From positions 1 to 32,772 of the forward strand of contig JAMJFV010000004.1 in NCBI GenBank assembly GCA_023544495.1: 32,772 nt of DNA, in the 5' to 3' direction. The notes beneath the pieces are model-generated. The model worked only from the letters and a program-made list of their open reading frames with translations. It searched no databases and was not told the DNA's origin. The position numbers and the translations under genes were made by a program. Each line of letters opens with the position of its first letter. The stretch's first letter is position 1. Source of the stretch: ANME-2 cluster archaeon (GTDB taxonomy: Archaea > Halobacteriota > Methanosarcinia > Methanosarcinales > Methanocomedenaceae). Of the stretch, positions 9,062 through 17,457 are shown piece by piece.

Positions 9062-9454
9062 ATGGATGAAATGGAAGCGATAAGGAAACAAAAATTAAAG
9101 GAGTTGGAAGAAAGCTTGAATAAACCCAAACTGGACGTGCCTATAGAACTTACAGACCAGGATATGGATAAGGCCTTAACTGAACATTCAAAACTGGTGG
9201 TTGACTGCTGGGCAGTATGGTGTGGTCCGTGCAGAATGGTTGCACCCACAATTGAGGCACTTGCCAAGGAAAAAGCAGGACAGATCGTGTTCGGGAAGCT
9301 GGATATTGACAATAATCCCCAGACAGCAATGAAATACGCTATAACGGCAGTTCCCACAATGCTGGTATTCAAGGATGGCAAACCGGTGGGAAGGATTTTA
9401 GGGGCACTTCCAAAACAACATTTAGAGACAAAGATCACTGAATTACTGAAGTGA
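9062..9454 (+). CDS. trxA: thioredoxin
   Basis: 130 aa. It has the active site WAVWCGPCRM, then VFGKLDIDNNPQTAMKYAITAVPTMLVFKDGK, which is the thioredoxin fold signature. Confidence 0.85.
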   Translation: MDEMEAIRKQKLKELEESLNKPKLDVPIELTDQDMDKALTEHSKLVVDCWAVWCGPCRMVAPTIEALAKEKAGQIVFGKLDIDNNPQTAMKYAITAVPTMLVFKDGKPVGRILGALPKQHLETKITELLK

Positions 9455-9470
9455 CCCGGAAAAATAATCG

Positions 9471-9482
9471 TTTCATTTTTTT
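9471..9482 (+). terminator. oligo-T tract downstream of trxA (archaeal-type terminator candidate)
   Basis: The sequence tttcattttttt, with 7 consecutive T at 9476-9482, lies about 20 nt after the trxA stop. Confidence 0.4.
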
Positions 9483-9534
9483 ATTCAATCGAACGTCACT
9501 TTTTTACGAGTACCGATATACAGTAAGTCAGTAA

Positions 9535-9606
9535 CACTTTGTCAATAAGGTATATAAGTTACACTCCCTCCACTTTGTCAATAAGGTATATAAGTTACAC
9601 TCCCTC
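9535..9606 (+). repeat. perfect head-to-tail duplication of a 36-bp unit carrying a TATA-like box
   Basis: cactttgtcaataaggtatataagttacactccctc occurs at 9535-9570 and again, identical and abutting, at 9571-9606. Each copy contains tatataag. The second copy ends 41 nt before ATG 9648. Confidence 0.9.
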
Positions 9607-9647
9607 TTTACGTTTGTTTTAAGTACTAATATAAAATATTAGTAGGT

Positions 9648-11351
9648 ATGATAGGTATCATCCCTGCTGCATTTGAATTCTTACCAATAGCTATATTATT
9701 GTGTATCTTTTTCCTGATGGTATTGTACCTGAAATATATGAACGGGCAAAGCCTCAGGTCAGTAGGTTCTGATATTTGTCTTGGCGCACTTTTCATACAG
9801 GCCACTATGTTGACCTTACCCGTGTGGTCGTCAGGAGAGATGTCAATAAATATCCCGGTTCATATTGTAACATTGGTCCTGACATTATTTCTCTGGGTCC
9901 TGACTGTCTGGCTGTTAAAACGGAGAAAACCATCTCGTAAACACTCAACCAACATAATTCAGAACATCACATACTACTTCAGGAAACATAGCAGTACCAG
10001 GGAGTCTCTTTCCTATACCCTTGGTGCTACCGGATTGACATTAAGTTTAATGATGATGTTCAATGTCGTCGAGTTTGGAAGAGATGACTGGAAATTACTG
10101 ACCACCCAATTTTTTCTTGCCGTTTTGACATCGGCAGGAGTGGGTTATGCAGGACATGGCATTTATAAATATTTACAGAATGAACAGTTCACCCACAGTT
10201 TTGAACGTTTTTCAAATGATATCACCAGGGACAATGTGCTGCTTACCGTCCAGAGTAGCGGAAGCCAGATGCACGAACGTGACCCTGTCCAGCCGGTTGT
10301 GGATATCATCAGGGGTTCGATAATGAAAGATGTGCTTGGCCCGTCCATGTTCGGCCTGTCCATACTGAAGCACAAATGTATTGAACTGTTGACAGCCTCT
10401 GGTATGCGCAAACACAATCTTGTACGGGTAACATTGCATTTCGTGAGTCATATCGATGATATTGGCAAACTGGCCCTGCGTATGGATGAGGACGAAGCCG
10501 CTAACGAAACAATTGAGACTCTGGGTGATATTGGGAAGTGTGCTGTGACCGGGGGATTTGATGCACCTGCTGATGACATACTGAGACGAATATTTGAATA
10601 TTATGATGTATTGAACCAGAAAGATTTCGAGATAATGAAGTTAACCGTTACCGACGCTGTCAGCAGGATTGGAATTGCAGCAGCAGCTCAAAGTATCGAT
10701 TCTACATCTTCTAAAGCAGGAAATATGCTGGGTATTATTGGAGCAGCAGCCATCAGGAGTAAAGAAATGGAAACCCTGAATAATTCCATTCATGCACTCT
10801 ATGATATTGGCAGGGAGGCTGCACAACATTCTGTAGAAGGGGCTGTGAGGAAAACTGCCCTTAAATTACGCGATATAGGTACTTCAGCCGTCCAGAACAA
10901 CCTGATTGAAGAAAGTATCGGGATAGTATCCAAACTGGAAGAAATGGGCGTTATCGCGGCATCAAATAAATTGGAATTGGGGACTGAACAGGTTATCTGG
11001 TCTATCAAGGATATCGGGCTGTCCTATGGATACCAGCGGGAAGAACCTGGCCTTAATGTAGTGGTTACTGCTCTTGCAAACGTGGGTATGGAGTCATCAC
11101 TGCGCAAACTCAGAGATGCTGTGGACCAGGCCATGTGGGCATTAAAGGAAGTGGCCAGGTATCCCATCACTGAAGGACTTGAAAATTCGATCTCGATCTC
11201 TGCCAATGCATTTGCCAGGCTCTCCGAACTGGAGCGGGTAAAGGTCGATACAATGATAAAGGAACTTGAGCACTATTTTGGTGCCGACGAGACAAAACGT
11301 TTCAAGCATTTTAAAAATGAATATAATTCGGCAGCAAAGGTAAACAGGTAG
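9648..11351 (+). CDS. membrane protein: about 5 N-terminal TM helices plus a soluble domain built from about 11 in-register 23-residue repeats; function unknown
   Basis: 567 aa. Hydrophobic spans lie within residues 1-175. From residue 262 onward the motif hydrophobic-x-x-I/V-G-x-x-A recurs with period exactly 23: HIDDIGKLA, LGDIGKCA, VSRIGIAA, LGIIGAAA, LYDIGREA, LRDIGTSA, LEEMGVIA, IKDIGLSY, LANVGMES. Confidence 0.6.
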   Translation: MIGIIPAAFEFLPIAILLCIFFLMVLYLKYMNGQSLRSVGSDICLGALFIQATMLTLPVWSSGEMSINIPVHIVTLVLTLFLWVLTVWLLKRRKPSRKHSTNIIQNITYYFRKHSSTRESLSYTLGATGLTLSLMMMFNVVEFGRDDWKLLTTQFFLAVLTSAGVGYAGHGIYKYLQNEQFTHSFERFSNDITRDNVLLTVQSSGSQMHERDPVQPVVDIIRGSIMKDVLGPSMFGLSILKHKCIELLTASGMRKHNLVRVTLHFVSHIDDIGKLALRMDEDEAANETIETLGDIGKCAVTGGFDAPADDILRRIFEYYDVLNQKDFEIMKLTVTDAVSRIGIAAAAQSIDSTSSKAGNMLGIIGAAAIRSKEMETLNNSIHALYDIGREAAQHSVEGAVRKTALKLRDIGTSAVQNNLIEESIGIVSKLEEMGVIAASNKLELGTEQVIWSIKDIGLSYGYQREEPGLNVVVTALANVGMESSLRKLRDAVDQAMWALKEVARYPITEGLENSISISANAFARLSELERVKVDTMIKELEHYFGADETKRFKHFKNEYNSAAKVNR

Positions 11352-11422
11352 GTAAAGAGATAACAGATAATAAAGCAAGTGATAAAGTAACTGGTAAAAA
11401 GGAGCAGTAAACAGGTAAACAG

Positions 11423-11911
11423 ATGAAAAATAAAGTGTACGTTATTGATACATCTGGCTTTATTGTGGGTGTCCAGATAACAGACGGTGCTATGGTAACA
11501 GTGCCTGGTGTTGTTGACGAGATTATTGACAGCTCCAGCCGGCTGAGGTTTGACCTGATGCATGATGCAGGTATGAGAGTGGAGCCGCCCCTTGCCACAT
11601 TCAAAGAGCAGGTGGTATCGGCTGCAGTATCTACAGGGGATGCAGGTGTACTCTCCAAGACTGATATTGATGTGCTTGCAAAGGCCCTTGAACTTGTGCA
11701 AGAATCCACGGTGATCCTTATCACTGATGACTATGCTGTCCAGAACGTAGCTTCTGTTCTTAACGTGGAGTTCAAGCCTGCCGGTTCAACAGGAATTTCA
11801 AAAGGAATTGTATGGGAACTGGCCTGTACAGGGTGTGGGGCTGTGGTGAAGTCTGGCAGTGAGTGCCAGATATGTGGTTGTGGAATAAAAAGGCGCAGGG
11901 CGAGCCATTGA
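11423..11911 (+). CDS. nob1: Nob1-type PIN-domain endoribonuclease with C-terminal zinc ribbon (16S rRNA 3'-end maturation)
   Basis: 162 aa. It has the PIN N-terminus YVIDTSGFI, an acidic ITDDYAVQNVA motif and a C-terminal ribbon CTGCGAVVKSGSECQICGC. Size and layout match archaeal Nob1. Confidence 0.7.
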   Translation: MKNKVYVIDTSGFIVGVQITDGAMVTVPGVVDEIIDSSSRLRFDLMHDAGMRVEPPLATFKEQVVSAAVSTGDAGVLSKTDIDVLAKALELVQESTVILITDDYAVQNVASVLNVEFKPAGSTGISKGIVWELACTGCGAVVKSGSECQICGCGIKRRRASH

Positions 11912-11964
11912 CGGTTCTGGATTAAATATATAATGTTACAGGATGAAGTATTGTTGGTATTGCT

Positions 11965-12570
11965 ATGAAGAACATTAGAGAACTTATTCAAAAAGCGCTT
12001 GAACTCCAGCAGAGCGGTCTTTCAGAGGGGCAGATTGCAGATGAACTTAACGTTTCAGGGGATACGGCGACCTGGCTTGTGGCCCATTCCGCAAAAGGTG
12101 AAATATCCCAGGCTCCAAAGGATATTTATGTTAACTGGACCAGTATCGGGAAGAATTCAAGGCGGTTGAGATTGGTAGCAGGTGTTATAACAGATATGCT
12201 GCAGGAGAGCCTTGAGAGGTCGCAGTCCACTGTGGATGTGGTTGTAGGTGTGGCGCTGAGCGGTGTGCCCTTAGCCAGCATGGTTGCCGAGGAACTGGAT
12301 GTTGAGCTGGCAGTGTTCCAGTCCAACAAACAGTCCCACAAAGGTATGTTATCCCAGAATTTCTCCAGTGTGGACGGCAAGGACTGTGTCATCGTGGATG
12401 ATGTGATCACAACCGGGAATACTATCAGCAATGTCATATCGCTGCTCAGGTCAAGGAATGCCAATCCAACTGCAATTGCCGTATTGATCGACAAGAATGG
12501 CATGGATTTCATTGAAGGTGTACCTGTAAGTTCAATGCTCAGGGTTTCAAGAGTGGACAAGGTCGATTGA
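11965..12570 (+). CDS. orotate phosphoribosyltransferase-like protein with N-terminal HTH (PyrE-like / GfcR family regulator)
   Basis: 201 aa. An N-terminal HTH-like segment (LSEGQIADELNVSGDTATWLV) is followed by a type-I PRTase domain with the PRPP loop CVIVDDVITTGNT. Confidence 0.7.
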   Translation: MKNIRELIQKALELQQSGLSEGQIADELNVSGDTATWLVAHSAKGEISQAPKDIYVNWTSIGKNSRRLRLVAGVITDMLQESLERSQSTVDVVVGVALSGVPLASMVAEELDVELAVFQSNKQSHKGMLSQNFSSVDGKDCVIVDDVITTGNTISNVISLLRSRNANPTAIAVLIDKNGMDFIEGVPVSSMLRVSRVDKVD

Positions 12571-12591
12571 GCAGCGTAAGGTGGCGGTTTA

Positions 12592-12992
12592 CTACTCATC
12601 CAACAGATCAATTCGTGTTATGCCATCCACACCATCAAAATGTCTGTCGTCAGTTACAATACTGGATATTGTATTCTTGAGCATGGTATTGAGATGTATG
12701 GCATCTCCCACCTTCCAGCCTTTCTTCGGCATGGGGAGTGCTTCCATCAGGAATTCAGGTTCAAAGGGCAGCAAAATAACTCCTGTTCGTTTATCTGGCT
12801 GATAATATCTGATATTTTTTGTTCAGACAAACGTTTGCTATTTAAAAATGCATATATCTCTACCATTGTATGCACAGAAGTTACCCCAATCTCCCTACCT
12901 TTTGCACTATCTTGAAGGAACCTTTCAGCCACATCCCCCACCAGGTTGTTATCGATAAGATTGTGGATGAAAATATTTTCAACATATTTCAT
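12592..12992 (-). pseudogene. PIN-domain (VapC-like) gene split by a frameshift; no adjacent antitoxin gene
   Basis: Two overlapping minus-strand ORFs together make one PIN domain. ORF 12747..12992 is the N-half (MKYVENIFIHNL...TSVHTMVEIY). ORF 12592..12774 is the C-half (LPFEPEF...VGDAIHLNTM...SIVTDDRHFDGVDGITRIDLL). The frame change must lie between 12750 and 12822. Confidence 0.65.
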
Positions 12993-13038
12993 TCGGACTC
13001 TTCTCCCATTACAGCATACCCTTCCTCAAAGCCATCAT

Positions 13039-14181
13039 CTACGGTTCCTTTGTGTTTGATAATACCGTGTGGTATCGCACAACATCTTCAACCAGACCGC
13101 CTACCAGCTCCAGCACCCTTTCCAGCACTCCCTCAAACCCAGCATCACCCATATCAATCCTCTCCTGCCCCCCGAATATCTCCTCATGCACCCGGCGTCC
13201 CACAATATCATCATTCCCGGATGCCAACCTTATAATTACTGAACCCGGGGGAACGTGAGCATGATGAATGATACCGTCCCCGTCACCATCGACAATCCCT
13301 ATCAGGGAAATGCCCAGTCTGGTCAGCAAGTCCCCGGCCACTGCAGTTGTATCATCACCCACGGTCACAGCTACATCCGCATCCTGTGCAATCTCAAATG
13401 TCTGCTCTGCCGCATGGTCGATGATCACTGCAATTCCTGATACTTTATGTTCCAGTATCCTGGGAGTAACATCTGCAGTCCTGAGCGGGCCTGACCTGAT
13501 AGTAACGGTTGAGAGGTCAACACGCCCCAGTTTCTCAACTCCGTGAGGTTTCAGCCTGCCGTTGTGAAGTTCAATGATCTCACCATCCATGCAAGTGATA
13601 TACACCTCATCTGAGAGGGCCTTTCCTATCACGATGCCATTAACGGTCACGTATTCCCCCGGCCTGACCCCGGCAACCTTCCTCCTGACCATATCATCTT
13701 GTATTTCGAGACAGGTCCGAGTCTCAGGCGGCGGGACTCTCCTGGCTTCCAGTACGTTCTCAAGCTCTTCCAGGAGGGCGAACGCCAGCGGGAAATCTGT
13801 CATATCATTCCACGGTATCAGGACACAGCTACCGTTCCCTGACCTCGTGAACTCAACATGTATCAGGGGTACCGAAAAAGAACCAAGATTGTCAAACACC
13901 ATGCGCCCGAATGCTAATCCGGATCTAGTGCATTTTCCTTCATTGACCAGCAATACCACATCACAACACGCACCAAGAGCCATGACAGACTCGCTGGGTT
14001 TCCGGCTGACGCTGATATTTACAATGTCTTCCAGTCCCGCATCGATCACTGCTGCCCTGCCCATAGTACCGCCAAGTACAGACCTGATCTCGCCCATACC
14101 TGCGACTATGTTAATAACTGTATTGGCTCTCCCGGAATCAATGACTGCAGGCCCGTGGATAACGACACCAATACGTGTCAT
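13039..14181 (-). CDS. conserved archaeal hypothetical protein (possibly DUF2117-type; family name from memory, unverified)
   Basis: 380 aa ORF beginning 12 nt after the stop of the upstream gene. It starts MTRIGVVIHGPAVIDSG and contains LIGIVDGDGDGII. I can assign no catalytic motif. Confidence 0.55.
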   Translation of the reverse strand: MTRIGVVIHGPAVIDSGRANTVINIVAGMGEIRSVLGGTMGRAAVIDAGLEDIVNISVSRKPSESVMALGACCDVVLLVNEGKCTRSGLAFGRMVFDNLGSFSVPLIHVEFTRSGNGSCVLIPWNDMTDFPLAFALLEELENVLEARRVPPPETRTCLEIQDDMVRRKVAGVRPGEYVTVNGIVIGKALSDEVYITCMDGEIIELHNGRLKPHGVEKLGRVDLSTVTIRSGPLRTADVTPRILEHKVSGIAVIIDHAAEQTFEIAQDADVAVTVGDDTTAVAGDLLTRLGISLIGIVDGDGDGIIHHAHVPPGSVIIRLASGNDDIVGRRVHEEIFGGQERIDMGDAGFEGVLERVLELVGGLVEDVVRYHTVLSNTKEP

Positions 14182-14193
14182 GCTGCACGTGAC

Positions 14194-14541
14194 CTATCCG
14201 CCAGCTTCCAGATTTGCATCGTCCAGTCTGGCTTCCTTTGCTTCTTCCTGGGCTTTATCCAGCACTTCCTCGATCTCCTCTTTAGAGAACAGACGCTCTC
14301 CCATTTCTGCCTTCTGTTCCAGTTCACTGAGCAGGGTAAGAGATTCAAGCTTGTACAGCAGGTCTTTGGTATCGATAACTGCCCAGGCACCTTCAGAGTC
14401 ACATATGATCTCAGTTATATGACCGGTAGTACCTGTCCCGCCATATCGTACAGGGCTGCCTACCTCAAGGGGTTGGCCGTGAGCATCCACGACAGGATGC
14501 GTTCCAGATTCACATTCAATAATCTCGGGCATGTTATTCAT
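14194..14541 (-). CDS. small conserved hypothetical protein with acidic C-terminal tail
   Basis: 115 aa ORF lying 45 nt downstream of ppdK on the same strand. It has a beta-rich N-half (GSPVRYGGTGTTGHITEIICDSEGAWAVID) and a Glu/Lys-rich helical tail. Confidence 0.5.
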   Translation of the reverse strand: MNNMPEIIECESGTHPVVDAHGQPLEVGSPVRYGGTGTTGHITEIICDSEGAWAVIDTKDLLYKLESLTLLSELEQKAEMGERLFSKEEIEEVLDKAQEEAKEARLDDANLEAGG

Positions 14542-14586
14542 TCAGTTCAGGATTTGCTTTCAAAGGCATTAATATTTTTGTTGATG

Positions 14587-17238
14587 CTATTCATCCTTCT
14601 TCAACACAGCATGAGCCGCAGCCAGCCTGGCAATCGGAATCCTGAATGGCGAGCAGCTCACATAATCCAGCCCGATATCATGGCAGAATATCACGCTGCT
14701 GGGTTCGCCGCCATGTTCGCCGCAGATACCGACCTTCAGGTCCGGCCTGGTTGACCGTCCCTTCTCAACCCCGATCTTGATGAGATGCCCCACACCTTTC
14801 TGGTCGATCGCCACAAAGGGGTCGATCTCAAGTATGCCGTGATCCACATAATAAGGCAGGAACTTGCCTGCATCATCACGACTCAGGCCGAAAGTTGTCT
14901 GGGTCAGGTCATTGGTGCCAAAACTAAAGAATTCAGCCTCAGCTGCTATCTCATCTGCAGTAATGGCCGCCCTGGGCAGTTCTATCATCGTACCGATAAG
15001 GTATTCCAGTTCCACTCCCTGCTCATCCATGACATTCCTCGCCACAGATTGAGCACTTTCTTTGGTAATCTTCAACTCATTGATATGCCCGACCAGGGGT
15101 ATCATCACTTCAGGGACTATCTCATATCCTTCCTTTGCCAGTTCGCAGGCAGCCTCAAATATTGCCCTGACCTGCATCTCATATATCTCCGGATAGGTGA
15201 TACCCAGCCTGCAGCCACGATGTCCAAGCATGGGATTGATCTCATGGAGGGATTCCACCCGTTTCATCAACTCCTGTAATTCATGGAGTTTATTGTTATC
15301 ACCGGAAGCTTTCAATTCCCTGTACTCTTCCATCAGTTCATCATGTTTTGGCAGGAATTCATGCAGAGGCGGGTCCAGCAACCTGATAGTAACCGGATAT
15401 CCTTTCATTACCTCGAAAATACCTTTGAAATCACCACGCTGCATGGGCAGCAGTTTATCCAGGGCAACCTTTCTCCCTTCTTCGGTATTGGCCAGTATCA
15501 TCTCCTGTACGATCGGTATCCGCTCGTCGCCGAAGAACATGTGTTCGGTACGGCACAGGCCAATCCCTTCAGCCCCGAAATCCCGGGCAGTCCGGGAGTC
15601 TTTAGGTGTATCTGCATTGGTCCTGACTCCTAGGGTCCTTACTTCGTCTGCCCATTCCAGTATAGTTTCCATTTCCCTGCTGATCTCAGGAGTTATAAGT
15701 TTTACCTGTCCTAAAATCACCTCACCTGTAGAGCCGTTCAAGGTGATATACTCATTTTCGGAAACGGTATGTCCATTCACGCTGAACTGCCCCCTTTCCT
15801 CATCGATCTGGATAGCACCGCATCCTGCCACGCAACACTTACCCATACCACGGGCCACCACTGCTGCATGGGACGTCATCCCGCCACGAACTGTCAGGAT
15901 GCCCTGGGAAACATGCATCCCTCCTATATCTTCAGGTGAGGTCTCGTTGCGCACCAGGATCACCTTCTCGCCTGCCTGGGCCATCTCCTCAGCACGTTCG
16001 GCGGTAAAAACAACTTTACCCACAGCAGCACCGGGCGAGGCAGGAAGTCCTTTGGCTATGGATTTGACTTTTTCATTCGGGTCTATCATGGGATGCAGGA
16101 GCTGGTCCAGCTGTTCGGGTTCAACCTTGAGCAGTGCCTCTTCTTTGGTGATCAGGCCTTCATTGAACATATCTGTGGCAATCTTGACCGCTGCCGCTGC
16201 TGTACGCTTTCCTGTCCTGGTTTGCAGCATGTAGAGTTTTCCTTGCTGGAAAGTGAATTCGATATCTTCCATTTCTTTGAAATGATGTTCAAGCCGCTCC
16301 TTGATGTCATCCAGTTGATCATATACATCCGGCATTTCACGTTTCAGGGCCTCTATGGAATGGGGAGTCCTGATCCCTGCCACTACATCCTCGCCCTGGG
16401 CATTCATGAGATACTCGCCGTAGAACTTTCTCTCACCGGTGGACGGGTTGCGGGTAAATGCTACGCCAGTACCTGAATTTTCGCCCATGTTGCCATAGAC
16501 CATGCACTGCACGTTCACGGCAGTGCCCCAGTTGTCGGGTATATTGTTTATCTTCCGGTAAGTTATGGCCCGTTTGGTATTCCAGGAATCAAATACGGCA
16601 TTGATGGATTTCCATAACTGGTCCATCGGGTCCTCAGGGAAGTCATCTCCGGTCTTTGATTTGACCAGTGCCTTATATTTTACCACCACGTCTTTGAGGG
16701 CTTCAGTATCCAGTTCGGTGTCATTGGTGACATTCAGTTCAGCTTTCTTGGCGTTCAGGACATCCTCGAATTCCTTATGTTCTATACCTAGCACAACATC
16801 TCCGAACATGTTGATGAAACGCCTGTAACAGTCATAGGCGAATCTCTCATCCGCTTCCTGTGCAAGACCGACCACGGTCTTGTCGTTAAGTCCCAGGTTA
16901 AGCACTGTATCCATCATACCTGGCATAGATATCCGGGCACCGGATCTGACAGATAACAATAAAGGTTTTACCGGGTCGCCGAATATAAAGCCCGTTTCTT
17001 TCTCCAGCTTTGCAAGCTGTTCTGCCACCTGTCCTTTCACCCCATCCGGATAATGCTGTTGGTGGTTGTAATAAACTGTACATACCTCAGTAGTTAAGGT
17101 AAATCCTTGAGGGACCGGTATTCCCTGTTTAGCCATCTCAGCCAGATGGGAACCTTTACCGCCAAGCAGATTTTTCATTCCAGCATTACCTTCGGTTTTG
17201 TTTCCACCGAAAAAATATACATATTTATGGTCTGCCAT
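14587..17238 (-). CDS. ppdK: pyruvate, phosphate dikinase
   Basis: 883 aa. The N-terminus is YVYFFGGNKTEGNAGMKNLLGGKGSHLAEM. The phospho-His loop is RGGMTSHAAVVARGMGKCCVAG. The C-terminal PEP/pyruvate domain contains FFSFGTNDLTQ. Confidence 0.95.
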   Translation of the reverse strand: MADHKYVYFFGGNKTEGNAGMKNLLGGKGSHLAEMAKQGIPVPQGFTLTTEVCTVYYNHQQHYPDGVKGQVAEQLAKLEKETGFIFGDPVKPLLLSVRSGARISMPGMMDTVLNLGLNDKTVVGLAQEADERFAYDCYRRFINMFGDVVLGIEHKEFEDVLNAKKAELNVTNDTELDTEALKDVVVKYKALVKSKTGDDFPEDPMDQLWKSINAVFDSWNTKRAITYRKINNIPDNWGTAVNVQCMVYGNMGENSGTGVAFTRNPSTGERKFYGEYLMNAQGEDVVAGIRTPHSIEALKREMPDVYDQLDDIKERLEHHFKEMEDIEFTFQQGKLYMLQTRTGKRTAAAAVKIATDMFNEGLITKEEALLKVEPEQLDQLLHPMIDPNEKVKSIAKGLPASPGAAVGKVVFTAERAEEMAQAGEKVILVRNETSPEDIGGMHVSQGILTVRGGMTSHAAVVARGMGKCCVAGCGAIQIDEERGQFSVNGHTVSENEYITLNGSTGEVILGQVKLITPEISREMETILEWADEVRTLGVRTNADTPKDSRTARDFGAEGIGLCRTEHMFFGDERIPIVQEMILANTEEGRKVALDKLLPMQRGDFKGIFEVMKGYPVTIRLLDPPLHEFLPKHDELMEEYRELKASGDNNKLHELQELMKRVESLHEINPMLGHRGCRLGITYPEIYEMQVRAIFEAACELAKEGYEIVPEVMIPLVGHINELKITKESAQSVARNVMDEQGVELEYLIGTMIELPRAAITADEIAAEAEFFSFGTNDLTQTTFGLSRDDAGKFLPYYVDHGILEIDPFVAIDQKGVGHLIKIGVEKGRSTRPDLKVGICGEHGGEPSSVIFCHDIGLDYVSCSPFRIPIARLAAAHAVLKKDE

Positions 17239-17457
17239 GAAGCGTCCTCCAAATCCTGTCCTGAATAATTATTTTTACAAGCGACAATTTGACTCGAAAT
17301 TCAATTAAATGTTTAATAATATTACGGTATGATTTTGGTAAATTGCAGATAGTCCCGTAAAGTCATTGCCAGACAGAAATAAGTTTAAATATCATCTAGG
17401 TGACTTTTACTAATAATAATTTTAGGTAGTCATATAACTGGATAAGGAGAGGTTTCA

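Noticed and set aside
9535-9606. Two identical 36-bp direct repeats as a possible mini-CRISPR
   Set aside because: The copies abut with no spacer, there are only two of them, they contain an AT-rich TATA-like core, and no cas genes are present. I treat it as a tandem duplication.
13574-14422. 282-aa plus-strand ORF rich in Ser, Thr and Pro
   Set aside because: It is antisense to two tightly packed minus-strand genes. It has low-complexity composition, no RBS and no motif, so it is a shadow ORF.
15197-16234. 345-aa plus-strand ORF (and neighbours 14785..15279, 15283..15633, 16093..16476) inside the ppdK locus
   Set aside because: These ORFs are antisense to an unambiguous 883-aa PPDK gene. 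Their translations are Ser/Pro/Ile-rich low-complexity sequence with no motifs. They are typical shadow ORFs.
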